Shown one piece after another: positions 44,723-54,733 of a stretch of DNA of 64,000 bases. The number at the start of each line of letters is the position of its first letter. Position 1 is the stretch's first letter. Source of the stretch: Candidatus Beckwithbacteria bacterium GW2011_GWC1_49_16 (GTDB lineage: Bacteria > Patescibacteriota > Microgenomatia > UBA1400 > CG1-02-47-37); the NCBI GenBank assembly GCA_001029675.1, contig CP011210.1:453663-517662 (forward strand), written 5' to 3'. A program made the translations under genes and the position numbers. The notes under the pieces were generated by a model. That model searched no databases. It worked only from the letters and a program-made list of their open reading frames with translations, and was not told the origin of the DNA.

Positions 44723-45874
44723 TTATAGATTATTGTGAAGGGGGTTTTTAAAAGTGAAAAGGCAAAAAAGCCAAATCATCACCCAGGGATAAAAGAGCGA
44801 ATTGGTGAACAGGCTGTGGGTAAGGGCGGCCGCAAGCGACACTTGGGCCAGGGGGGAAAGGCTGCAGGCTTTAACCAGCAAGTTGAGGTAGGCGGCTAAG
44901 CCGATCAAGCCGGTGGTGGCTAAGACAAAAATAAGACTGGCGTCGTAACCTGCGGCAGCGTGGCTTAAGTCTTTCCCTGGATCGGTGACGGCAGCCGGCT
45001 GGTAGCGGACCAGGTTGAAGCCGGCGCCCAAGACAGGGTGTTGGCGCCACAAGGTTAAACCTTGACGGTAGTTGGTCAGCCTTTGCCCAATAGAAAAGGT
45101 GCGCAGTAAATTGACGCCTTCGCCACCAGGGCGGGGCAATAAGAGAAAAGCCAGCAGCACGCAGGAAGCAGCTACTAGAAAGACCCGAGATTTTCTTTTG
45201 ATGATTGAATAGACGGCTGCGGCGGCGAGAAGGGCCAGATAGGAGCTTCTCGAATAAGTCAAAAGCAGGCCGATAAGAACGGCGGCAGTGGCCGAGGAGT
45301 AGACCAGGGGCTGGAGTTTTTTTTGGTGGAAAAACAAGAGGATTAAGCTAAACAGGTAAATAAGACCGGTAAAGTTGGGGTCAAAAAGGGACGAGATTAC
45401 CCGGTAGAAGTGGTCGTCCCAGCCGGAAGCGGCCAAAAACCTGACGTCGGGGAAAAAGAGATACTGAAACAAACCCAAACCGACGAGGCTTAAACCGAAG
45501 ACGAGCAGGAGATTGGCTGGTTTGAGCCTGAGGTTTTTGACCAGGGCGGGGTCGGAAAAGACAAAGTAAAGGCAGGAGTAGAAAACGAAGCGCACCAGGT
45601 AGAGGCTGCCGACCAAGATTTGGTTTGGCGGGTGGCGGAAGAGGGCGGGCAGAAGCGAGGCCAAAGCGGCGGCGGTAAACCAAAGCAGCGGCCGGGCAAG
45701 CGGAGGCGGTTTCAGTTTTTTGAGTCCGGTTATTGACCAGAGGCAAACGATGGCGGCAATGACCAAATCGTGGAGATAAAGGTTGACGCCGGGGTAGGGC
45801 TGGGGTAAACGTTCCAGTTGGCCGAAAGGCAAAACCAGGAAAAGAGCGTAAATAAGCAGGGTTAAAACTTTCAT
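44723..45874 (-). CDS. O-antigen ligase/polymerase-like polytopic membrane protein
   Basis: 383 aa with about 10 TM helices and a large periplasmic loop, in the Wzy/WaaL style. It sits in a glycosylation gene context. Confidence 0.5.
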   Translation of the reverse strand: MKVLTLLIYALFLVLPFGQLERLPQPYPGVNLYLHDLVIAAIVCLWSITGLKKLKPPPLARPLLWFTAAALASLLPALFRHPPNQILVGSLYLVRFVFYSCLYFVFSDPALVKNLRLKPANLLLVFGLSLVGLGLFQYLFFPDVRFLAASGWDDHFYRVISSLFDPNFTGLIYLFSLILLFFHQKKLQPLVYSSATAAVLIGLLLTYSRSSYLALLAAAAVYSIIKRKSRVFLVAASCVLLAFLLLPRPGGEGVNLLRTFSIGQRLTNYRQGLTLWRQHPVLGAGFNLVRYQPAAVTDPGKDLSHAAAGYDASLIFVLATTGLIGLAAYLNLLVKACSLSPLAQVSLAAALTHSLFTNSLFYPWVMIWLFCLFTFKNPLHNNL

Positions 45875-47172
45875 AAGAGCTTAAATAGTTTAACCCGGGT
45901 GAGGTGGTTTTGGTAAATCAACTCGGCCGGTTTTAACTTTTCCGACAGGGTGTTGCCACTGCCCACCAAGACGTGAGTGTAGTTTTCCCGGGGGCCGGCC
46001 CAAGACTGATGGTCAAAGGGGAAATCCACATAGTAAAGGTTATGAATGTCATAGACCAAAACCTTACCACTCTCCCCCACCAGGTTCTTTATTTCTGCGT
46101 CGGCATCGTAAAAGTCGCCGAAGTCAAAGTTTAGATGCTCAAGCAGAAATTCCTGCCGGGACTCTTGCCCCAAAAGCACCGGTAAGTATTTGGCGTTGGC
46201 ATAAGCTCTAGCGCCGATGCCGACGACGGCCTGGGTGACAATCAAGACCAACGCCAGTTTTCTACCTACGGGATCAGATCCTGAAGTTAGACGGGCGGCG
46301 AAAACGGCCAAAAGTGCCAAAAGCGGTAGGGCGAAACGGCCAAAACCGGTTCCGGGCATCAACCACCAGATAATAAACAGCCAGAAAGTGATTGATTTAA
46401 GAATCTTTTTAAGCGGTGGTTTTAGTTTAAAGACGAGGATGGCGACCAGGGTGGCGACTGCCGGGCCGACGCGGAAAGCCGGGTCGAAAAAGAGCCTTGC
46501 CGGCCGGGTCAGCCAGTAGCCAAAGCCGTTAAAAAACCAATCGCCGGAGAGGTTGAAGCCTTCACCGAAAGGGTAAAAAAGGTTGCCGGTGGAGAAAAAA
46601 TTAACCAGCCAAAAAGGCAGAGCGCCCAAAGCGGCCCAAGGGACAGGGGTAAGGACCAGTCCAAAAGCCACAGCTTGGAGCTTGACGGCGCCGGAGAGAA
46701 CTAAAAATAGAGGCCGCCGCCAATCGGTAAAATAAACCGCGGCCAGAAACAGGGCGGTGAAACTAAGATCGACATAGGCGGTGGTGGCGAGCCAGCCGAC
46801 GAGCAGGGTCGAGTAGAAAAGCAGACCGGCAGCCAAGGCGGCGGTTTGAGGCAGTTTTTTTCTGGCGATTTTGAAGACAAAAAATGCGGCAATCATCCCG
46901 GAAAGCCAGTGGATCAGTTTAGGAGCTTGAACCGACAAAGGTAAAACCAAGGCGTAAACCGCTTCGCTCAAGCGGGGCAGGCCGGACCAGTAGAGCAGGC
47001 TTCCGGGGATCGGGGCCAGGGAGCGGTCGGCCAAAAACAGTCGTGCCTCAGGCAGATGATACCAGAGGGCGTCAAAGCCAAGTTCGGGGCCCAAGGCGCC
47101 GACCAGATTGATCAGAGCCTGAACGGCTAGAAGCAGCCACAAAAGCTTATCGATTGGCAAAAGTTTTTTCAT
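45871..47172 (-). CDS. polytopic membrane protein, possibly a GT-C-type glycosyltransferase
   Basis: 433 aa with many TM helices and an Arg/Asp-containing first loop (YHLPEARLFLADRS). Confidence 0.45.
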   Translation of the reverse strand: MKKLLPIDKLLWLLLAVQALINLVGALGPELGFDALWYHLPEARLFLADRSLAPIPGSLLYWSGLPRLSEAVYALVLPLSVQAPKLIHWLSGMIAAFFVFKIARKKLPQTAALAAGLLFYSTLLVGWLATTAYVDLSFTALFLAAVYFTDWRRPLFLVLSGAVKLQAVAFGLVLTPVPWAALGALPFWLVNFFSTGNLFYPFGEGFNLSGDWFFNGFGYWLTRPARLFFDPAFRVGPAVATLVAILVFKLKPPLKKILKSITFWLFIIWWLMPGTGFGRFALPLLALLAVFAARLTSGSDPVGRKLALVLIVTQAVVGIGARAYANAKYLPVLLGQESRQEFLLEHLNFDFGDFYDADAEIKNLVGESGKVLVYDIHNLYYVDFPFDHQSWAGPRENYTHVLVGSGNTLSEKLKPAELIYQNHLTRVKLFKLL

Positions 47173-47764
47173 AGACTTTGACCCTGACGGCCAAGGAGTG
47201 GAGCGACATGGCCAGGGCCAAAGCCAGACCGGGTAATCGATCCAAAAAGCCCAAGCGGAAAAAGTAATTGAGAATAAACTTGGCCGGCGGGTAGACGATC
47301 AACTGCCAGAGTTTGAATGCCGCATTTTGTCCGACCAGTTCCCGGGCGCGCAGCTCAGAGTAAAAGTTTAAGCGGTCAAGAAACAGGCTAAAGCTTAAGT
47401 TCCTTTGGTGAAGCAAAGGGGCGGATAAGGTTTTGAGCGGTAACCGGGAAACGAAGATTTCGTGGACCCGGCCGGTAAAGCGGCCTGTTCCTGGTTGGAC
47501 CAAGCGGGTGAACTTAACGGCAGCCGTTTCGCCAAACTTGAGATGCTTGCCCAAAAACCAGTCCTGACGGCGAAAGTTATAGTTAAACCGCCGGTCGGTG
47601 ACGGCCCGGTTGATTTGGCTTTTGAGCTCGGAGGTCAATTTTTCATCGCTGTCTAAAAACAACACCCAGGGAGTTTGGGCCTGCTTTAGGAGCCGGTTCC
47701 TTTCCCGGGAAAAATCGGCGATGCCGGGGCGGTTGAGGGTCATAACGGTTAAAGCCTTATTCAT
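47147..47764 (-). CDS. family 2 glycosyltransferase-like protein (short)
   Basis: 205 aa. TVMTLNRPG...PWVLFLDSDEKL has a GT2-type DxD region. Confidence 0.5.
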   Translation of the reverse strand: MNKALTVMTLNRPGIADFSRERNRLLKQAQTPWVLFLDSDEKLTSELKSQINRAVTDRRFNYNFRRQDWFLGKHLKFGETAAVKFTRLVQPGTGRFTGRVHEIFVSRLPLKTLSAPLLHQRNLSFSLFLDRLNFYSELRARELVGQNAAFKLWQLIVYPPAKFILNYFFRLGFLDRLPGLALALAMSLHSLAVRVKVYEKTFANR

Positions 47765-49958
47765 ACTTTAAAACCTGGATGTTTTCAAAATGGAATACGG
47801 TCGCACCCCGGGCGGGGGAAAAAGTTTCGGCCGGGGCTTCGTCGATCTGGTAGGTGAGATCGGCTGCCGGATCCTCGGGTGAGCCGAGCCACCAGAGAAG
47901 ATAACGGTAGTTGTCCAGGTAAGAAGCAAAGCCGATGTAGCTCGGGTTTTTCAGCTTGAAACTTTGGCCAGGGGCGTTGAGAGCGATGAACTTGGTCACT
48001 TCAATCCGCTGGCTTAGGGTCGGCCCCCGGGGGATGAAGCGGCGGCTGGCTAAATACCAGCTGTTGTAAAACGCCAAAGCCAGCAGTAAAGAGTAAACCA
48101 GCGCTTTGGGCTTGATTTTATCGGTCAGCCAAGCTAGTGCCAGCGCCCAAGCGGGAAACAGCACCGGAAAATAGGCTTCGGAGGGAGCGCCGTGAAAGTA
48201 AAAAGCGACCAGGTTTACCAGGATAAAGGCGAGTAAAAGCTTTAATTTAAGAGAAAGCGGTTTAAGCCTGAATCTTTTTGCCAGAACCAGGACGAGAATC
48301 AGAACCAGGGCCAAAGCCAGGCCTGGGCTGTCCCACAGGATAAATTTTTGCCAGTAGTTAAAGATGGTCAGGGTCACTTGCCTCAAGCTAGCCGGCGACA
48401 CGGTGTGGCGCTGGGAGTAGCCGAAGAAGCTCAAAAAACGGTAGCCAAGCCAGGCGGCAAAACCAAGGGTTTGGCTAAATTGGTGGGAAAAATCGTAGAT
48501 GATTTTGGGCAGCCAGGGAAGCAAGAAGGCGGCAGCGGCAAGCAGCAGCTGGCGTTTTTCGGGCAGCCGGCGTTTAAGGTAGGCGCCAAGAACCAGGACT
48601 AAGATTAAAGGGGCGGTGGTGAGCTCAAACTGAACCAGGGCGGCCCACAACAACACCGGCCAGAAAAGCGGCAGCTTATTTTTGACCCAAAAGTAAAGGC
48701 TAAAGATGAAAAGCAGGCTGATAAGCGGAATCGGGCTGGTGTGGTAGGGCATGCGGCTGTGAATGACCGACAAGGGAGAAGTGGCCAAAACCAGGCTGGC
48801 GGCCAGGGCGGCCGAGGCTTTGAACCAATAGCGGGCCAAGCGGTAGGTCAAATAAACGGTTAAGACGCCCAAAGTGGCGGTAACGATTGCCGGGGCGACG
48901 GGGTTAAAGTTAGTTAGTTTTAATGCCAGGGCAGTAAGCCAGATGAAAAACGGGCCTTGTTTGAGCCAAGGGACGCTGGAGTCGATGCCGACCAAGGGGA
49001 TGCTTCCGGTCAAAACCATATCGCGGGCGGCCAGGTAGTCGCGGCCCTGGTCGCCGATAAACATCATCAATTCGGGCAAATGAAAAAACCTTAACCAAGC
49101 GGCCAGGGCCAGGATAAAAAATAAGCCCAGGTTGGCCGGGGTCAAGCCGGTGGCCAGCTCGACCAACCACATGGAGAAGATGCCGAAGTGCTTGTTAAAA
49201 TAGTAGCGGCGGCTGGCGGCAAAAATGGCCCGGGTTGGGGCAGTCTGGGGGGTACTCCCCTGCCAATAGTGGACTAGTTTGGCTTGGGGGAGAATGAAAA
49301 GGCGGTAGCCTTTGGCCTTGAGCCGCTGGCCTAAGTCTGATTCTTCAAAGTACAAAAAGAAATTTTCGTCAAAACCCTTGAGCTGCTTAAAAACGCTGGT
49401 TTTGATTAAAAAGGCCGAACCGGGGACGACCTCGACTTGGCGCGGGGCCGGGTCTGTTTCGGCCGGCCAATTTTCCCAGTACTGTTGGGCTACGGGGTTT
49501 TTGGGCCAAAGGCGGTTTAACAGGGTTAAGGAAAAGATAGCCTTCAGGGGAGTCAGTTGGCTGGTACCCTGGAGCGGGTAGGGTTTAAGTTTGGCGTCGA
49601 CCAGCAAAGGGGCGGCGGCAGCAGCTTTGGGTTTAGACCGCAAAAACCTGACTAAAGCCTCCAGCGTGCCGGGAAGAAGCCTGGTGTCGGGGTTTAAAAT
49701 AAACAGGTATTTGCCCCGGGCGAGTTTGGCGCCCAAGTTGTTGCCGGCGGCGTAGCCGACGTTGCCGGGGCTTTTGACGTATTTGACCCGGGGGAATTTT
49801 CGTTTCAGGGCCTTTTCTATGGTCGGCGTTTCATCGTTGTCGACGACGATGGTTTCGAAAGCTGGTTGGGGGCGGGCTTGTTTGAGGCTGTCTAAACAGC
49901 GATAAAGCAGGCGGCGGTTTTGGTAGTGGACAATGACGATGGAAACTTGAGGTTTCAT
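47757..49958 (-). CDS. GT2 glycosyltransferase fused to a large polytopic membrane (GT-C-like) domain
   Basis: 733 aa. The N-terminus reads VSIVIVHYQNRRLLYRCLDSL...VVDNDETP...NVGYAAGNN and is GT2. The C-terminal 450 aa is a multi-TM domain. Confidence 0.7.
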   Translation of the reverse strand: MKPQVSIVIVHYQNRRLLYRCLDSLKQARPQPAFETIVVDNDETPTIEKALKRKFPRVKYVKSPGNVGYAAGNNLGAKLARGKYLFILNPDTRLLPGTLEALVRFLRSKPKAAAAAPLLVDAKLKPYPLQGTSQLTPLKAIFSLTLLNRLWPKNPVAQQYWENWPAETDPAPRQVEVVPGSAFLIKTSVFKQLKGFDENFFLYFEESDLGQRLKAKGYRLFILPQAKLVHYWQGSTPQTAPTRAIFAASRRYYFNKHFGIFSMWLVELATGLTPANLGLFFILALAAWLRFFHLPELMMFIGDQGRDYLAARDMVLTGSIPLVGIDSSVPWLKQGPFFIWLTALALKLTNFNPVAPAIVTATLGVLTVYLTYRLARYWFKASAALAASLVLATSPLSVIHSRMPYHTSPIPLISLLFIFSLYFWVKNKLPLFWPVLLWAALVQFELTTAPLILVLVLGAYLKRRLPEKRQLLLAAAAFLLPWLPKIIYDFSHQFSQTLGFAAWLGYRFLSFFGYSQRHTVSPASLRQVTLTIFNYWQKFILWDSPGLALALVLILVLVLAKRFRLKPLSLKLKLLLAFILVNLVAFYFHGAPSEAYFPVLFPAWALALAWLTDKIKPKALVYSLLLALAFYNSWYLASRRFIPRGPTLSQRIEVTKFIALNAPGQSFKLKNPSYIGFASYLDNYRYLLWWLGSPEDPAADLTYQIDEAPAETFSPARGATVFHFENIQVLKYE

Positions 49959-50977
49959 TTTCGGGCCAGTTTAAGTAAACTTTGCTCCAGTATAGCCAGG
50001 TGGTTGTCCCAGGTAAAATTGTTTTCAACGCGGCGGCGGCCGGCACTCCCCAGGGCTTGTGCCCGACGCGGGTTTTTGATCAAGTAAATAATTTTTTCAG
50101 CCAAAGCTTGAGGCGAGTTTTTGACCAAGAAACCGGTTTTTTGGTCGACGACGGTTTCCCGGTAGCCGCCTTGGTCGATGGCAATGACCGGAGTTTGGCA
50201 GGCCATGGACTCGATCGCGGTTAAGCCGAACGGCTCGTTGGCGCTTAAACACAGGCTGGCCAAACTTTGACTGTAGGCCCGGGCTAACCCCCTATCGGTC
50301 AAAGAGAACTTATCAACCACTTTAAGCTCGGGCCGAATCTTTTTTTCGATTAGGGCCAAGGCCTGTTTGGCTAAATCAAAGCCGGTGATTTTGGCTTTGG
50401 CGGCGACGAAAACAAGTTGATTTTTCTTGGGGACCGAACCGGCCCTGAAGACATCCCCGTCAACGCCGGGATAGCAAACTGTCGATGAGCGCTGGTAAGC
50501 TTTTTTAACATTTTTTTGGGTTGCTTTTGAGTTAACCAGAATCAGCTTGGCCGCCCGGGCGTTGGCTTTATCGATTGTCTTTCTTAACTTCCTGGTAACA
50601 GCCTCGTAGGCTTTGTTGGCCAAAGGCAGGTGGCTGGGAGCGGCCAATTCCGGTTCATACGCCAGGCGTAAAAGCTCGTGACAATAGTAAACCGAAGGGA
50701 TAGTCAGGTAAGGCAACAAAAAAGGCGCTTGGGTGAGTTGGTCGGGGTGAAGCAGGCAAACGTCGAAGCCTCCCCGGTTGATGGCGGCGGCGATTTTTTG
50801 ATGGGACCGATTAAGGCTGACAAAATTGGCGTAGTCCCTGGCCAGGCGGCTGCCTGAAAGAACCGGGCGGAGACGAAAAAGTTTAAGCCGATACTTTTGG
50901 CCTAAAAGTTTAAGCTGGTGGTCGACTACCCGCCTGGCGCCTCCCCGGGGCAGGTTATGAAAGACGGCAATGTTCAT
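49955..50977 (-). CDS. family 4 glycosyltransferase (GT-B)
   Basis: 340 aa with the EPFGLTAIESMACQTPVIA motif. Confidence 0.75.
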   Translation of the reverse strand: MNIAVFHNLPRGGARRVVDHQLKLLGQKYRLKLFRLRPVLSGSRLARDYANFVSLNRSHQKIAAAINRGGFDVCLLHPDQLTQAPFLLPYLTIPSVYYCHELLRLAYEPELAAPSHLPLANKAYEAVTRKLRKTIDKANARAAKLILVNSKATQKNVKKAYQRSSTVCYPGVDGDVFRAGSVPKKNQLVFVAAKAKITGFDLAKQALALIEKKIRPELKVVDKFSLTDRGLARAYSQSLASLCLSANEPFGLTAIESMACQTPVIAIDQGGYRETVVDQKTGFLVKNSPQALAEKIIYLIKNPRRAQALGSAGRRRVENNFTWDNHLAILEQSLLKLARK

Positions 50978-51947
50978 CGATGAGCTTGATAGATTGTAAA
51001 AAGTTGATTTTAAGTTTTTTGACGAGACTAGCTTGTTGGTTTTTGATTTGGGGGGCGTTTTTCCGAGCCGTGGCGATTTTTTTGGCCACCGAAGCCAAAG
51101 ATTCGTCGAGGGAAACGATCAGCGGCCGGTAGTTTTTGAGAGTCATTTTGACCGGCTGGGCCACTTTTTCGTTCAAAGGGATCGCCAGCGACGGAGTACC
51201 GACGGCCAAAGAAAATATCTGGCTGTGGCCCCTCATCCCCAAAACCAAGCGGCAACAGCGGTAGACGGAAAAGACTTTTTGCGGGCGGGAGGAATAGAAA
51301 ACTCGAGTTTGGGGAAAGATTTTTTGAAAAAGCCGTTTTTCTTTTTTGGCGTGGCAAATGACGATTTTTTCACCGCCGAGTTTTTTGACTACCCGGTCAA
51401 CCAGCCTTAATGTTTGACCTGATTTTTGCAGGTAAAACCGGGCATGGCTTGTGGCCAGGTTAATGCCTAAATCATAGGTTTTTTTAGATTGGAGATTTAC
51501 TCGATCGGGAAGAAAAAGGGACGGGCAACCGGTGATCTTGGTCTGAAGGCCGAGCCACTTTAAATAATTAAAGCTCCATTGGTCCCGGACGGTGTTTAAA
51601 AATGAAACTTCAACTAACCGTTTTAGCCTGCGGTTGTCTTGGGCGTTGAACTTTTGACGGCCGTCGAGGTTTAATCCGACGCCGACAATGGCCAAAGGGG
51701 TCGGGGAGGAAAAAAGGTTGGTGTTTTTTTCTAAAGACTTTAAGTGGTCCGGATGGTAGAGGCCGCCGCCGCCGAGAACAACCAGGTCGTAGGGCCTAAG
51801 GTCGACTCTTGAACGGTTAAAAAAAGCGGTGACCCAGCGGTCTTTTTTTTGCTTGAGGTATTTTTTCAAAGCCAAGGCGGCAAAAGCATCGCCGATGTTT
51901 TGTTCAAAACCGGTTTTAGAATAAGCCAGCAGATTGATGATTTTCAT
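50955..51947 (-). CDS. polysaccharide pyruvyl transferase family protein
   Basis: 330 aa. NIGDAFAALALKKYL...DLVVLGGGGL follows the CsaB/WcaK-like pattern. Confidence 0.55.
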   Translation of the reverse strand: MKIINLLAYSKTGFEQNIGDAFAALALKKYLKQKKDRWVTAFFNRSRVDLRPYDLVVLGGGGLYHPDHLKSLEKNTNLFSSPTPLAIVGVGLNLDGRQKFNAQDNRRLKRLVEVSFLNTVRDQWSFNYLKWLGLQTKITGCPSLFLPDRVNLQSKKTYDLGINLATSHARFYLQKSGQTLRLVDRVVKKLGGEKIVICHAKKEKRLFQKIFPQTRVFYSSRPQKVFSVYRCCRLVLGMRGHSQIFSLAVGTPSLAIPLNEKVAQPVKMTLKNYRPLIVSLDESLASVAKKIATARKNAPQIKNQQASLVKKLKINFLQSIKLIDEHCRLS

Positions 51948-53173
51948 TTGGGGTTATGGGTTAAAACCCTAAAGACAAAAAAGAAAACTACCGGAAAGGC
52001 TACCAGGGAAGAAAGCAGCGAAGCCTGGGCCGCGCCGACTATGCCTTGTTTTAAAGTCAAGGGGATAATAAAAAGCGCCAGGGCGGTTAAGCGGACGAAA
52101 GTAGTCACGGTAACGATTTTTTGTTTCTTTAGAGACAAAAACAAGGCCGAGCCGGAACCGGATATGGCCCGAACCACCCCATAGAGAGCTAAAACTTTAA
52201 GGGCCGGCGCGGCAGGCAGCCAGTTTGAGCCAAAAGCGATGGTGATTATCTCACCGGGATAGCTAAAGAGGATGAAACCCAAAGGCACGGTCAGCAGGAT
52301 GACGCTGGCCAGGGTTTTGAGATAGGCTTTTTTAAGCCTGTGTCTGTCGCCGGCGATCTTGACGTAAACCGGAAAGGTGACGTTGCCGACAACATCGCCT
52401 ATCTCTGTCACCGGTAAAGTGGCCAGTTTGAAGGCCATTTGGTAAAAACCCAAAGAAGTGGTGTTTAAGAGTTTGGCGACGACAGCGTCGTCTCCCTGGC
52501 TGGCTAAATAGTTAAAAACACCGGCCAAAGTCAACCACTTGCCCTGGCTGACGATGGCTTTAAACTGGGGCAGCCTGAATTTCAGCCTGGGCCAGGGTTT
52601 AATAAAGGCGAAAGAAAAAACCACCTCTAAAACGGCGCTGACTATCAGGGCGACAACCAGGGCGACGGCCGATTTGGTGATTAGCGCCAGGACGACGGCG
52701 GTGACAGTCTCTGCCAGAAAAATCGAAGACCGGAACCAAAAATCTTTGTTAAACTCCAGCTGTTTTTGAAACTTAACCCGGGCCGGGTTGATAAAACCCC
52801 TAATCAGGGCGACTAAACCGATCAGGTATAAAAGCGGCCCGCTGGCGGGACTGTTGAAAAAGTTAACAATTAAAGGCGTGGTCAAAACTATCAACAAGGC
52901 AATCAGCCCGCCCCTAAAGACGGAGACGATCCAAGCGGTGTTGAGGTGTTCTTTGACGTCCTGGTCTTCTTGAACCAAGAAAACGTTGACCCCGGTTTCG
53001 GTAATGATTTCCAAAAATGCCAGGGATAAAACGGCAATGCCGTAGACGCCAAACTGATCCGGCAGTAAAATTCTGGCTAAAATGGCGGTTCTTAAGAAAG
53101 TCAGGGAGCGGGCAAAGCCCCTAAAACCAGCCAGCCAGGAAAAACCCTTAACTGTGTCTTTGGTCAATGACAT
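51944..53173 (-). CDS. oligosaccharide/polysaccharide flippase (Wzx/MOP-like)
   Basis: 409 aa with about 12 TM helices. The N-terminus reads FSWLAGFRGFARSLTFLRTAILARILLPDQFGVYGIA. Confidence 0.7.
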   Translation of the reverse strand: MSLTKDTVKGFSWLAGFRGFARSLTFLRTAILARILLPDQFGVYGIAVLSLAFLEIITETGVNVFLVQEDQDVKEHLNTAWIVSVFRGGLIALLIVLTTPLIVNFFNSPASGPLLYLIGLVALIRGFINPARVKFQKQLEFNKDFWFRSSIFLAETVTAVVLALITKSAVALVVALIVSAVLEVVFSFAFIKPWPRLKFRLPQFKAIVSQGKWLTLAGVFNYLASQGDDAVVAKLLNTTSLGFYQMAFKLATLPVTEIGDVVGNVTFPVYVKIAGDRHRLKKAYLKTLASVILLTVPLGFILFSYPGEIITIAFGSNWLPAAPALKVLALYGVVRAISGSGSALFLSLKKQKIVTVTTFVRLTALALFIIPLTLKQGIVGAAQASLLSSLVAFPVVFFFVFRVLTHNPK

Positions 53174-53176
53174 AGC

Positions 53177-54064
53177 TTAGCTGTATTTTACCAGCAAACC
53201 CTTAAGCAGCCCGACCAAAACGGCCATGTCGGCGGTGACCTGTAAAAGCGGCAGGTAGATTAAAGCCAATGGGTGTTTGACTTTGAAGATGAATTTTTTG
53301 ATGGGCCAGAGAAGGTAGACAGGAAAAAGCAGGGGCACGGCGGTAAAAACAAGATAGCGCAAAGGCACGGTGAGGTTTTTTTTGAGGTGCGGGGCAAACC
53401 AGGCTTCGACGCTGCCTGAGGTATAGTTGACGTTCTGGCCGAAAAAACCAAAAAAGTTTTTAGCCTGGCGCCAGTGGACCAGAGCCTTTTTCTCGGTGAC
53501 CATATAGGTATGTTGGCGCAGGCGCTGGGCAAAAACCAGATCTTCGGCAAACTTCAACTTTTCCGGGTAGCCGCCGACTTTGGCCCAGGCGGATTTTTTG
53601 AAAGCGATTGAGCGCGACGAGGGTAAAAAGGTTTTGGGGTCGACTTTTTTTGAGGGTACGACCAAAAAACAGGCGCTAGTCAGCTGAAAGACGTTTTCCA
53701 CTTCGGGCAGATAAAAGCCGGCCACGGCGTCGACGGCTTTTTTCATCAAGGGGGCGGTGATGAGTTTAAGCCAGTCGGGTTTCAATCTGCAGCCGGCGTC
53801 GGAAACGGCGATGAGGTCATTGGTGGCGGTTTTGACGGCCAGATTCCTGCCGACTGAACGGTTGGCGCCGGGTTTGACCAGCAGTTTGATTTTTCCCTGG
53901 CGATAGAGGAGGTGGCTTTTGATTTTTTCGACAGTGCCGTCTTTGGAGCCGGCGTCGACGATGACGATTTCGTCCGGGGGTTTGGTCTGGTCGTCGAGGG
54001 AATCAAGCAGGTCATCGATGACTGGAGCTTCGTTAAAGACCGTGGCGATAAAACTGACTTTCAT
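53177..54064 (-). CDS. family 2 glycosyltransferase
   Basis: 295 aa. VSFIATVFNEAPVIDDLLDSLDDQT...IVIVDAGSKDGT. Confidence 0.8.
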   Translation of the reverse strand: MKVSFIATVFNEAPVIDDLLDSLDDQTKPPDEIVIVDAGSKDGTVEKIKSHLLYRQGKIKLLVKPGANRSVGRNLAVKTATNDLIAVSDAGCRLKPDWLKLITAPLMKKAVDAVAGFYLPEVENVFQLTSACFLVVPSKKVDPKTFLPSSRSIAFKKSAWAKVGGYPEKLKFAEDLVFAQRLRQHTYMVTEKKALVHWRQAKNFFGFFGQNVNYTSGSVEAWFAPHLKKNLTVPLRYLVFTAVPLLFPVYLLWPIKKFIFKVKHPLALIYLPLLQVTADMAVLVGLLKGLLVKYS

Positions 54065-54727
54065 CTAATATGGCTCTGCTTTGGCCGTCGGTTTGGCCTG
54101 GTTAACTTTATACGTCTCTTTGACAAAAAAGTCCACCCCGTCGCATTGAATCCTGGCGTAGGCGCCGTTGTCAACGGCGTAGGCCGGCAGCTGGTCGTAG
54201 CCGGCAAAGCCCAAACGGATGAGAAGCACCCGCAAAACGCCGCCATGGGTGACCAGCAAGACGTTTTTGCCCTGGTAGGCGACGGCGGTTTGGCGCAAAA
54301 ACCTGATAACCCGGTCCATCAGTTCCTGGTCGCTTTCGACTTCGGGGTTAGTTCTGAAAGTAAATCTGTCTTCGTCAGACATTTTTTGGTATTTTTTGAT
54401 CAGACGGGCAAATTTCTTTTGATAATCCTCGTAAACTTGGCCTTCATAGCGGCCAAAGGTTCTCTCCCTTAGAGCCTCGGTGGTCTCTACCGCCAGCTTT
54501 TTCTCGGCGGCTATAATCTCGGCGGTGCGCCGGGCCCGCAACAAGTCGGAGGAGAAAACGGCGGCAAAGTTGATGTCTTTGAGTTTTTTGGCGGTGTCTT
54601 TGGCCTGGTTGATGCCGGTCTGGGTCAAGGGAGAATCAGTGTGGCCCATGATGGTGTGGGTAATGTTCCACTCGGTCTCGCCGTGGCGAACCAGATACAG
54701 GGTGCAGAAGTTTTTGCCTGAAACCAT
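54065..54727 (-). CDS. histidine phosphatase (phosphoglycerate mutase) family protein
   Basis: 220 aa with the LYLVRHGETEWN (RHGE) catalytic motif. Confidence 0.75.
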   Translation of the reverse strand: MVSGKNFCTLYLVRHGETEWNITHTIMGHTDSPLTQTGINQAKDTAKKLKDINFAAVFSSDLLRARRTAEIIAAEKKLAVETTEALRERTFGRYEGQVYEDYQKKFARLIKKYQKMSDEDRFTFRTNPEVESDQELMDRVIRFLRQTAVAYQGKNVLLVTHGGVLRVLLIRLGFAGYDQLPAYAVDNGAYARIQCDGVDFFVKETYKVNQAKPTAKAEPY

Positions 54728-54733
54728 TAAAGT